A stretch of 62,884 nt of DNA from Candidatus Binatia bacterium (GTDB lineage Bacteria; Desulfobacterota; Binatia; UTPRO1). The notes under the pieces are model-generated. The model was not told the origin of the DNA. It worked only from the letters and a program-made list of their open reading frames with translations, and searched no databases. A program made the translations under genes and the position numbers. Of this stretch, positions 10,101 to 18,500 are shown piece after piece. Each line of letters starts with the position of its first letter. Position 1 is the first letter of the stretch. The DNA lies in contig JBDSJB010000104.1 in assembly GCA_039917665.1 (NCBI GenBank), positions 1-62,884 on the forward strand, in the 5' to 3' direction.

Positions 10101-10224
10101 CGTCGCAGAGCTCTCCGGGATCGGGGACGAGGTCGCCACACACCGCGAAGGATGGGGTGGCGTAACAGCCAAGGACCAGTGTGACGAAGATCGCCAGAGC
10201 GGCGAAGCGACGGACTACCTGCAT
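7159..10224 (-). CDS. large secreted/lipoprotein-like repeat protein: Cys-rich repeats + FG-GAP-like propeller + TSP3-like Ca-binding region
   Basis: ATG 10224 has GGAGG 7 nt upstream; signal/lipobox-like FVTLVLGC. There are 8 tandem 31-aa CGNGxxxxGExCDDGNxxxGDGCxxxC repeats. Seven DxFGxAxAxxGxxxLVGAPxxD..GAVYLF blades follow, then 4 more Cys repeats. The Asp-rich stretch is DSDLDGVCDQVDVCP..DTDNDSDNDGFC, followed by a C-terminal domain of about 190 aa. Confidence 0.85.
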   Translation of the reverse strand: MQVVRRFAALAIFVTLVLGCYATPSFAVCGDLVPDPGELCDDGNLVSGDGCDANCTITACGNGITTGTETCDDGNLVSGDGCDANCKVTACGNGVTTGTETCDDGNLVSGDGCDANCKVTACGNGITAGTETCDDGNMVSGDGCDANCTVTGCGNAVTTGTETCDDGNLVSGDGCDANCTVTGCGNGVTTGTEACDDGNLVNGDGCDTNCTATGCGNSIISAGESCDDGNLVNADGCDASCLPTGCGSGIVTGTEQCDDGNLLNGDGCSEDCEREFLNPIPSAGDHFGRAIAAVGLNLLVGAPQFDVTNAINTGVAHLFAGGTGALLRTFQNPNPGPGDDFGAAVAGLGSNVLVAAPADDTAGPNAGAVYLFNSATGVLIRTFLNPDPGVNDGFGMAIATLGNNLLVGAPGDASGGGGGGAAYLINTTNGAVLQVFLNPTPAAGDRFGSAIAAVGGNVLVGAPNHDTPAAPNCGEAYLFNPATGSAIRTFANPTPATGDLFGSTVSTLGADALIGAPVIDQGAVNGGAVYLYNTTTGALLRTFTSPVPVLNDAFGYAVVGIPPDRVVISARLEDSVVLNSGAVYVYHAGTGALLDSFKKPAPVTEDHFGESIAVLGQRIVVGTPLDDTVAIDAGAVYAFDDLSCGDGTTEGGEACDDGNVIDGDGCDSNCQTTGCGNGVVTAGEVCDDGNTVAADGCSPTCTLEGACGDGVVGPGEVCDDQNLVNGDGCDANCRPTGCGNGIVTAGEQCDQGANNGLDLCCSATCRAVDSDLDGVCDQVDVCPSVSDVGQSNIDGDIFGDACDLCPGDTDNDSDNDGFCFGLTFRPPAIGSQDPCSRGTSGAWTQPRVTLGRLNRPPGSQTLRMRGFFKTGSTLPVLAPERHGIQLRIIDSTGSIIVDEHIPGGDLVPGGNSGWKAFGSPASKWIYTDRQKPPTHNGIRKLVVKDQSRVEPNQIAVFLIAKNGTYPISSGSQAPLRVTFELNDGAFPPGGTPGRNQCGEVAFGLPPAKPACIFKPGLLDCK
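9397..10140 (-). repeat. coding tandem repeat, 93-nt period x 8 (31-aa Cys-rich units), adjacent units nearly identical at DNA level
   Basis: Residues 60-307 of track ORF 7159..10317. Units such as CGNGITTGTETCDDGNLVSGDGCDANCKVTA and CGNGVTTGTETCDDGNLVSGDGCDANCKVTA differ by one residue, and the DNA shows long near-identical runs around 9850-10030. Confidence 0.85.
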
Positions 10225-10400
10225 GGGTGATGCCTCCGACTCGGGTTTAGTGGGGTACCCTTTGGAACGGCCGGACCCACGCGTGGAGAAACGCTTCACG
10301 TCGCCAGAAGCATCCACTCGTCCTATGGTCCGCTAGACAGCTCGTTCTCTTCGCGGGGGTAGTTTTCGAAGAGACGAGGTTCAGAATTCGCGTAGCAGAA

Positions 10401-10416
10401 AGCAATGCGCATGCCA
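10401..10416 (-). promoter_or_regulatory. candidate sigma54 (-24/-12) promoter upstream of the 7159..10224 gene
   Basis: The minus strand reads TGGCAT-GCGCA-TTGCT, against consensus TGGCAC-N5-TTGCW. It sits in a relatively AT-rich intergenic region about 175 nt upstream of ATG 10224. Confidence 0.45.
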
Positions 10417-10592
10417 CGAATATGCTGAGAAACCAATGATTCCTTTAGTAGAATTCCGAGTCACGCATCTCAGTGATGCACGTTTTTGCGCGAGCGCACG
10501 GAGAGGCAGCCCTATCACCAGACTTCGGTGAGGAAATTCCCCCCCTCCCCCGTGCTTCTGTTTCACTTCACCGATGGATAAGTAGACCCGCC

Positions 10593-11096
10593 ATGCGCCG
10601 TCTCCTGCTCCTCGCGATCCTCTGCGCCCTGTCCTGCACCAGCCCGCCAGCACGCGATCCCGCCGTCGTCGAGGACGTGCTCCAGTACGTCTCCAAGATC
10701 AAGAAATGGGCGAGGGTCGAGGGCGAGGCGCTCCAGGCGATCGCAGACGTGAAGCGGAGCCAATACGTCGATGACGAATACGTCGTCGCGACGCTCGGCG
10801 GCGCGATGGACGACATCCAGTTGCACCTCGCCGAGATCGCGCAATACCAACCCACCACGCCGGCCGTCGCCGAGGTACACACGCGCTATCGGAAAGCGTG
10901 GCAGGACCTCCACGACGCGTTCGCAGCCGTGATCGAGGCGATGCAGCGCAAGGATTACGTCGCGCTCGCCAAAGGGACCGAGGGGCTCAAGACCTCACGC
11001 GAAGAGCTCCTCATGGTGGCCGCCGCGCTGAGCATCCTCATGGAGGACTCCGGCCTGACGAATCCCGAGGACTCCCAAAAGCCCGCAGCGTCGTGA
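10593..11096 (+). CDS. lipoprotein, helical, function unknown
   Basis: MRRLLLLAILCALSC gives a lipobox ALSC. ATG 10593 lies within track ORF 10473..11096. Confidence 0.65.
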   Translation: MRRLLLLAILCALSCTSPPARDPAVVEDVLQYVSKIKKWARVEGEALQAIADVKRSQYVDDEYVVATLGGAMDDIQLHLAEIAQYQPTTPAVAEVHTRYRKAWQDLHDAFAAVIEAMQRKDYVALAKGTEGLKTSREELLMVAAALSILMEDSGLTNPEDSQKPAAS

Positions 11097-11887
11097 CCTC
11101 GCTCGATATCCTGGCAGAAGCGGCTGCCCTCATCCGAGACGCGGGGATGAGCGCCGAATGCGCGCGGCGCTATCGGACGCTCGCCACGACCATCGCCGAG
11201 CCGACATTCGACCGGACCCTGGCGCTCGGCTCGACGATCCGTCGCGCCGGCCGCGACCCCCTGGGCGCGGAACACGAGCTCATCGCCGCGGTCGAGGAGC
11301 TGCGGCAGCTGTTGGCATGCTCGCAGGCGGCCATCACGGAGGTTCGAGCGAGTGCGGGCTATTGCGAAGCCGTGGCCGCATTCACGGCAGGAGCCGTGGA
11401 ACGAACGGTACCCCTCGCCATCGAGGTCTTCACCGACGTCGTCGTCGGCGATAGCGCGGGCGTGGCAACGTGGGACGTCCCACTCGGCACCGGTCCTGGG
11501 GGCGAACACTTCGTGTCGCCGGAGGAATGCGCCGCGCGAATCGCGGGGATCGCGGGGGCCGGACTTCCCGCCGCCTCGCCGCCGCCCCAGCTCGGCGCCG
11601 ACGACACGATCACGCCCGTGACGCTCGGGATGGGGGTCGCCAACGCCGATGGTCCGGTGACGCTTGCGTTCGAGGTCGAGCAGCTGCCGGGTCCGATCTG
11701 CCGGCTCGCGCACAGCACGCTCGCGCTCTTCTACGCAGACCGCCTTCACGCACCATTCACAGTGCGCTGTGTTGCAGGCGTCACGGACGAATGGTGGAAC
11801 GTCCGTCCAGACGCTTACGCGAAGTGGATCGAGGCCCTAGGACCGCTCTTGCAGTCCCAGGGCCTCACCATGACGATGACGCCCTGA
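11093..11887 (+). CDS. hypothetical protein, translationally coupled to the lipoprotein gene
   Basis: GTG 11093 overlaps the upstream TGA (GTGA). 264 aa starting VTSLDILAEAAALIRDAG... with good GC3 coding bias. No family recognised. The upstream part of track ORF 10898..11887 is out-of-frame overlap. Confidence 0.55.
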   Translation: MTSLDILAEAAALIRDAGMSAECARRYRTLATTIAEPTFDRTLALGSTIRRAGRDPLGAEHELIAAVEELRQLLACSQAAITEVRASAGYCEAVAAFTAGAVERTVPLAIEVFTDVVVGDSAGVATWDVPLGTGPGGEHFVSPEECAARIAGIAGAGLPAASPPPQLGADDTITPVTLGMGVANADGPVTLAFEVEQLPGPICRLAHSTLALFYADRLHAPFTVRCVAGVTDEWWNVRPDAYAKWIEALGPLLQSQGLTMTMTP

Positions 11888-11900
11888 GTCGGGCACGACC

Positions 11901-12506
11901 TCAGCGATCGTCGCCGGATCCGTCTTCGAGCGCGGGCTCAACCGGCTGGATGGTCGCCTCGACCGGCGCTACCGCCACGGTCTCGGTCAGCTCTGCAGCT
12001 TCGATCTCAGCACGCCCGTCGAGGACGATCGGCTCGCGGCCGCGGATCGTGTAGTGCTCGCGTACGACCGGCCGGACATTGCTGAACTCGTAGTGCTCGG
12101 TGCGGTCGAGATGATCGGGGCGGATGAAATAGTCGCCCTCGACCGTCGGACGCCACATCGACCGCGCCGTACGGAGGTCGCCACCGGTCAGCCAGCCTTC
12201 GACGCCACCCAGGTGGGCGCCGACGATACCGACTACCAGACGAACCGGCGTGTAGAAAACGCTGAGCACCGTCGAGGCGACGCCCATACCCAACTCGGCA
12301 CCAGCGCTGTGGTAATCCTCGACCACCACGTCACGGAAAGGAGGAGTTTGGTGCACCTCCATTCGCTCTTGGACGACGCGCCTCGACGCCTCGATCTCCA
12401 CTGCCGGAACGGGCCGTCGATCCAGATCGTCGACGACACTGCCGCCGTACGCCGGACTCCCTGCCGCCACCGCTGCCACCACAACACCGACGAGGATGGA
12501 TCGCAT
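11901..12506 (-). CDS. secreted hypothetical protein
   Basis: Signal-peptide-like N-terminus MRSILVGVVVAAVAAGSPAYG; 201 aa; no family recognised. Confidence 0.5.
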   Translation of the reverse strand: MRSILVGVVVAAVAAGSPAYGGSVVDDLDRRPVPAVEIEASRRVVQERMEVHQTPPFRDVVVEDYHSAGAELGMGVASTVLSVFYTPVRLVVGIVGAHLGGVEGWLTGGDLRTARSMWRPTVEGDYFIRPDHLDRTEHYEFSNVRPVVREHYTIRGREPIVLDGRAEIEAAELTETVAVAPVEATIQPVEPALEDGSGDDR

Positions 12507-12641
12507 CGCCTCACCTCCGCGGAAAGTTGCCTTATGTTGCCAGCCTCACCACGGACGCGCAATGACTTTTCAATAGCGCCGTGGCCCGGCGGCTGGTGCC
12601 CCTCCCCCACAGCTCGTTCCCCGCCGCCGCCCCGCTACTCC

Positions 12642-13949
12642 TCAGAGCCTCTCCTCCAAAGACGTCACCAACCGCCGGACCTCGGCGTCGCATGACCGGC
12701 GCGCCTCGATAGCGCGCACGGCATGCAAGACCGTCGTATGGTCCCGGCCGTAGCGTTCCCCGATGGCGGCGAACGAGAGGCCGATCTGCTTCCGCATCAA
12801 GTACATGCTCACTTGCCGTGCGAAGACGACGGGGCCACTGCGCTGCCCCGACACGAGAGTCGCCCTCGCGATGGCGAGAGCCTCGCTCACCAATGTTTCG
12901 ACGCGCTCGACGGGAACCCGGTCGGGTCGCGCCGGATACAACCGACCGAGCGTCTCCTCGGCCAAGGCGAGATCAATGGTGCGGCCGACGAGGGATGCCA
13001 TGGCCTTCAACCGGGTGAGCGCGCCTTCGAGCTCCCGGACACTCGCCGCACGGATTCTCTCGGTAAGGTAGTCGAGGACCGCTTCCGAAATCTCGATGCT
13101 CTGCTGAGTCGCCTTGGCCGCGAGAATGCGCCGACGCGTCTCACGGTCGGGCCGGGTGACCTCGACGATGAGGCCGCCTTCGAAGCGATTGCGGAGTCCG
13201 GCCTCGAGATTCGGGATCGCATGTGGTGGCTTTTCGGACGAGAGCACGATCTGCTTCCCGGCCGCCGCCAGCAAGTTGAAGGTATGGAGGAACTCTTCCT
13301 GCGTCCGCTCTTTCCCGGCGATGAACTGCACGTCGTCGACGACCAGTGTATCGATCTTCCGATAGCGTCGATGGAACTGCTCCATCTGTTGCCGACGCAG
13401 CGAGCTGACCATCTCATTGATGAAAAGCTCTGCTCCGATCGACAGTACGCGATAGCTGCGGTGTCGCAGCCGAACCGCGTTGGCGACGGCGTGCAACAAG
13501 TGCGTCTTCCCGAGCCCGACGCCACCATGAATGAAGAGCGGGTTGTAGACCCCGCCCGGGTTGTCGGCGACGGCCCGCGCGCCGCCGTGGGCGAGCTCGT
13601 TACACTGCCCGACGACGAAGTTGTCGAAGCTGAAGTTCAGGTGCGCCGGCGCTGCGCTCTTTTGGATGACGTGAACCGGTGACGCGACAACCTTCATCGG
13701 CAGCGGGATTCCGGCGCCCACTGAAATGGACACGGCAACCGGATGCCCGGCGACATGCGCCGCCGTGGAACGAATCCGATCGAGAAAATGCGTATGCACC
13801 CAATTGCGATGGAAGATGCTCGGCGCCTCGACAGCGAGCGCGTCGTCGAGCGTGGCCGACGTGCGCAGGCAAGCGATCCATGCGGTGTACTCTTGAACCG
13901 ACAATGACGACCGCAGCTCCATCCGCGTCTGGTCCCACAGCGATTGCAT
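12642..13949 (-). CDS. dnaA: chromosomal replication initiator protein DnaA
   Basis: MQSLWDQTRMELR.., Walker A GGVGLGKTHLL, Walker B LVVDDVQF, C-terminal DNA-binding signature GRDHTTVLHA. ATG 13949 has GGGAGG upstream. Confidence 0.95.
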   Translation of the reverse strand: MQSLWDQTRMELRSSLSVQEYTAWIACLRTSATLDDALAVEAPSIFHRNWVHTHFLDRIRSTAAHVAGHPVAVSISVGAGIPLPMKVVASPVHVIQKSAAPAHLNFSFDNFVVGQCNELAHGGARAVADNPGGVYNPLFIHGGVGLGKTHLLHAVANAVRLRHRSYRVLSIGAELFINEMVSSLRRQQMEQFHRRYRKIDTLVVDDVQFIAGKERTQEEFLHTFNLLAAAGKQIVLSSEKPPHAIPNLEAGLRNRFEGGLIVEVTRPDRETRRRILAAKATQQSIEISEAVLDYLTERIRAASVRELEGALTRLKAMASLVGRTIDLALAEETLGRLYPARPDRVPVERVETLVSEALAIARATLVSGQRSGPVVFARQVSMYLMRKQIGLSFAAIGERYGRDHTTVLHAVRAIEARRSCDAEVRRLVTSLEERL

Positions 13950-14395
13950 CACCCCGAAACCTCCCTCGACACACCCTCGCGCTCTCCTCCTCCTCACGCC
14001 ACCCAACCACCCGCGCCGCCCACGTCAACGTCACATCCGATACCGACACTGTCCACAGCTGGGGATACTTCCCGACGGCATGCGCGCTCGGGAACTTGCG
14101 CGCTTCGTGCAGGGTCTTGTGCACAGGGCACAGTCTCTCGCGTCGTTCCACCGTCGCTCGGCGGAAGATACTGCGACGCGCACTAGATGATTCCATAGAT
14201 ACAGTTTTGTGACGAAATAGTTGCGGAAAGATCGAAACAAGGCGTGATACTCTCGTCATGTCGCAAAGGCAAGAACAAAAAAATGGCGCGTGCGAAATTT
14301 CCACCAGGACCGCACTTTGCTTGACTTTGAATCCGCTTCTCACGTATCCCGTTGCGCGTTCGAGGCGACCAACCCGTGCAACCACAAGGAGGTAG
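13950..14395. promoter_or_regulatory. dnaA upstream region with DnaA-box-like 9-mers and an AT-richer stretch; candidate oriC / dnaA autoregulatory region
   Basis: CTGTCCACA (14049-14057) and TTGTGCACA (14117-14125) each match 8/9 of the high-GC-type box TTGTCCACA. A partial inverted box TGGGGATAC lies at 14060-14068. The sequence is visibly AT-richer at about 14185-14335. Confidence 0.4.
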
Positions 14396-15070
14396 ATGAT
14401 GAGAGTCAGAATGCGTTTCACGGTAGCGTGCGGGCTCATGATCACCTTCGCCGCAGGTTGCACGTGCATGCAGAAGCCGTGGGGCTACGGCGCGTTCGGT
14501 GGAGGCGTCGCTGGCGCCGTCGGCGGTGGCATCGCGACGGGCGCGGCGAGCAACAACACGGGCGCCTTCGACATCGGGAACGACAACGAGGACAAAGCCC
14601 TCGCGGTCGCGACGGGCGTGGTGGGTGGCGCGCTCCTCGGTGCGCTCGTCGGTCATTGCCTCTGGGATCAAGCGCCGATGCCTGCGGCGCCACCCCCGCC
14701 GCCGGCCGCGCCCGCATCCGCTCCCGTCGCGAAGAAGATCGTCCTCCGCGGCGTGAACTTCGACTTCGACAAATCGAACATTCGATCGGATGCAGCACCC
14801 GTCCTGAAGGAGGCCGCGAGCGTCCTGAAGGAGAACGCAAACCTCAAGGTGTCCGTCGAAGGGCACACCGACGCAAAAGGCACCGACGACTACAACCTCA
14901 AGCTGTCGATGCGTCGCGCCGCAGCCGTCAAGGCTTTCTTGATCCAGGAAGGCGTCGCCGAGAGTCGCCTCAGCACGCGCGGCCTCGGGGAGTCCCAACC
15001 GGTCGCCAGCAACGAGACCGACGACGGCCGCGCCCAGAATCGTCGGGTCGAGTTGAAGGTCGCCGAGTAG
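14396..15070 (+). CDS. OmpA/MotB-domain lipoprotein (Pal-like)
   Basis: AGGAGG precedes the start; lipobox FAAGC; Pro/Ala linker. OmpA C-like domain: VNFDFDKSNI, GHTDAKGTDDYNLKLSMRRAAAV, NRRVEL. Confidence 0.85.
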   Translation: MMRVRMRFTVACGLMITFAAGCTCMQKPWGYGAFGGGVAGAVGGGIATGAASNNTGAFDIGNDNEDKALAVATGVVGGALLGALVGHCLWDQAPMPAAPPPPPAAPASAPVAKKIVLRGVNFDFDKSNIRSDAAPVLKEAASVLKENANLKVSVEGHTDAKGTDDYNLKLSMRRAAAVKAFLIQEGVAESRLSTRGLGESQPVASNETDDGRAQNRRVELKVAE

Positions 15071-15093
15071 ATCTACTTCTCCATCTCGAATAA

Positions 15094-15127
15094 GAGGGGG
15101 GCGCTGGAGTATTCCAGCGCCCCCCTC
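15094..15127 (+). terminator. 15-bp perfect hairpin after the OmpA-like gene
   Basis: GAGGGGGGCGCTGGA-GTAT-TCCAGCGCCCCCCTC, followed by GTCGTTTCG (weak U-tract). Confidence 0.65.
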
Positions 15128-15554
15128 GTCGTTTCGAGGTGGGGCGAGTGCATAGTTCTTGGGTCTCAGGTGAGCGCTCTCGCCCTGCAGCCGTGCCGTA
15201 GATTCGTGGCTCGACGCCACCCCTTTCGACCCAAGTCGCTCGACAATTTGCCTAGCGTTCGCCAGGATTTACCTTTGCTGTGACATCCCCGGAGCGACTG
15301 CCGACGACCGCGAGTGGAACCCCATCTTGCATCATCGCAAAACCGTGCATTCTTGAACCCATAACCACTTGTGAATTCGATTACTTCCACCGGCATAAGC
15401 CTTGCTGAATTGGCTCGAAAGTTGTCGTTCAGAACCGATCTGTGCCGTGATGGAGCATCCCACCTTACTCGTGGCGCCCTTTCTGATCGGTCCGGCTCTT
15501 TCGAGTGACGATCTGACACATGGCTGTACGCTTCTTGAGGAGGAGACCCGGCGT

Positions 15555-18500
15555 ATGTTTCTCGAACCTTCGACCCCTGCTGAGCCAAATGTCCGGCGCC
15601 ACGATGACACTCCGCGCGCCCGATGGTCGCGGGGGTTCGTGACGAGCGCCATGGCCTTTGCGCTCAGCCTCGGTCTGTTCGTCACCCGGGCACCCGCCCT
15701 GACCGTTCCCTTCGATTCGTACTCGCTTCCGGTCAACGACAATCCGCAGGGCTTGAGCGCCGTCGACTGCGACGGTGACGAGATCCTCGACCTCATCTCC
15801 GCAAACTTCGACTCGGATACGGTTACCATCTTCCAGAACTCTGGCCCCGGAACCCTTCTTCACGACGCCAACATCACGACTGCCGACGAGCCGAGCGGCG
15901 CTACGTGTGCTGATTTCAACCACGACGGACGTGTCGATGCCGCCGTCGCCAGCTGGAAAGACAAGACGGTCACCGTCTACCTGCGACAGGAAGACGGTAC
16001 CTTCCTCCCGGGCGGCGTTTCGCCTGTTGGTAACCTGCCCCGCTCAGTGACGGCCGCTGATCTCAACGTCGACGGCGAGATGGACCTGGTTGTCGTCAAC
16101 GTTCAGTCGAGCGACCTCACCCTGCTCTTCGGAAACGGCTCGGGCGGATTCTCCGCAGCGGGCAACATTCGGATTCCTCGCCTTTCCGCGCCGGCGAGCC
16201 GCCCGGTTTCGGCGGCAATCGCCGATTTCAACGGCGATAACCTCCCCGACATCATCGTGGCGGCCAACCAGGCGGATCCGGCGCTCCACCTCCTGCTCGG
16301 GGACGGCTTCGGCTTCCATTTCGCGACGACGCCCCTGCCAGCGTCCGATCGTCTGCTGTACGTCGCGGCTGGCGACATCAACGGCGACCAGATCCCCGAC
16401 ATCGCGACCCTCGGCGTCGATGCCTCCATCAAGCTGTTCGCCGGTGTCGGCAATGGCACCTTCGTACCGCTCTCCATCATGTTGGCCGGTCCGAACGCCA
16501 AGGCGATCGCCCTCGGCGACTTCGACGGCGACGGTTTGACGGACCTTGCGGTCTCGAACTCCGACAGCAACAGCGTCCAAATCCTTCGAGCCGTCTCCCC
16601 CGGAAACTTCCGCACACCGCTCAACATCGCGTCCGCGAGCGTCATCGCTCCGCTGGCGACGGCACGCGTTCGACAAACCGCAACCGGCAACAACCAGATC
16701 GTCTTCATTGATCCAGCGGGCAAGCGCCTCTCCATGCTGCAGCTCCTCGATCTCACCGCACCGACCGTGACCCCGCTCGCGGGCCTGGCCGGCGTTCCCG
16801 ATTCGCTCGTCCTGGCCGACATGACCAACGACGGGATTCCCGACTCCGTCGTGCCGGCGCTCATCACCAAGAATAGCCTCGGCATCACCGTCCTTCGTGG
16901 AAACTCGGCGGGTGGCTTCGAGCTGCCTCCCACGACGCCCATCAACTGCGGCAACGGCGTTCTCGAGGCCGGAGAAACCTGCGACGACTTCAACGTGAAG
17001 AAGGGCGACGGCTGCAGCGTCAGCTGTCAGGCGGAAGTCGCCAAGACCCTCTTCTCCATTGATGCCGCCGACTTCAACGGTGACGGCAACAAGGATCTCG
17101 CCGTCGTGGACTCCAAGGGCGAGCTCCGCCTCTATCAGGGGAACGGCCTCGGCCAATTCGGCGTGGTCCGTCTCCTCACACAGGTGAAGCGGAAGACCGG
17201 CGCGGCCCTGGGTGATTTCAACGGCGACGGCATTCCTGACCTCGCGATCGTCCCGCGCAAGAAGAGCGGCGGGTCGATCACGCTGCTGCTGAACGACGGC
17301 CTCGGAAATTTCACCCCCCTCCCCGTGCTCGCACCCGCCAATCTGACGGGTCCGATCATCGCCGGCGATTTCGATCGCAATGGCTTCGACGACCTCCTCA
17401 CCATCCAGACCTCGAAGCCGAAGGGGCTGATGCTGCTCATGAGCGACGGTGCTGGTCCGCTCCGCGTCTTCCAGACTACGCCGGCTCCGACAGGCATCAC
17501 GACTCTCTCGGCCGCAGACTTCGACGAGAACGGGTACCTGGACGCGCTCGCCGAGTTCAAGAGCAAGAAGCAAGCGCCGATGCTCCTCTTGGGCGCTCTC
17601 GGTGGCCGTTTCAGCGTCGGTCCCGCCCTTCCCGCGGCCCAGGGCGTCGCGCGGTATGCGATCGCCGACGTCGATGAGGATCTCCACCAGGATCTGATCA
17701 GCTGTACGGCAGCCACGTCCCCGAGCTGTCGCGTGCTGTATGGTACGGGCCTCGGAAACTTCGCGGCCGCCCCGCTTCCTGCCGCACCCTCGATTGGTCG
17801 CGACGTGCGCGGCGCGGCCGCTGACGACTTCGATGGCGACGGCTTCGTCGATCTCGCCGGCGTGAGCCGTCAAGACAGTCGCCTGGTCGTCCATTTCGGT
17901 GGGCCGGCGCCGTCGAGCGTCGCGCTCGAGACGGGCCAGCTGCCGGAAGCGCTCGCCATCACCGATCTGAACGGCGACGACAAGCTGGATCTGCTCGCGG
18001 CCAACGCCGGATCGCAGGACATCAGCATTTTCCTCAACCAGGGTGGTCGTCAGTTCATCACCTTGGCGCGGACCAAGCTGCCGAACGGCACCGGTCACGT
18101 TTCGATCGCGATCGCGGACATCGACGGCGACGACAAGAAGGATCTCGCCGTCACGCAGTCCGAGAGCAATCGACTCACCATCTTCCACAATACGGGTGGC
18201 GCCGGCTTCGCCGTGCAGACCAACCTCGCCACCCCGAAGGAACCCCGCGGCGTCGCGATCGGCAACCTGAATGGTGACGGCTTCGCCGACATCGTGACCG
18301 CCAACCGCGGCAACAACACTGTCTCGATTTTCCTTTCGGATGCGAGCGGTGCGTACACCCGCACCGACATGTCGAGTCAGGGTTTCTCGCCCTGGGACGT
18401 CGTCCTTCCCGATCTCGACGGGAACACCTTTGACGACATCGTGGTTCTAAACGAGTTCGACACTTTGCCCGTTCCCACCAAGACCGCGACGCCGCAGCCG

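Noticed and set aside
9386-10165. Pro/Ser-rich repetitive 259-aa ORF on the plus strand
   Set aside because: It is the antisense image of the 93-nt Cys-repeat array of the 7159..10224 gene. Its periodicity simply mirrors that array.
14140-14310. Additional DnaA-box candidates (GATTCCATA, ATTTCCACC, CGTTCCACC)
   Set aside because: They match only 5-6 of 9 positions, which is not distinguishable from background.
15411-15426. TGGCTC-GAAAG-TTGTC sigma54-like element upstream of the FG-GAP gene
   Set aside because: The -12 GC is GT and the -24 element is also imperfect, so it is too weak to call. A nearby TGGAAC..TTGCA has the wrong spacing (N6).
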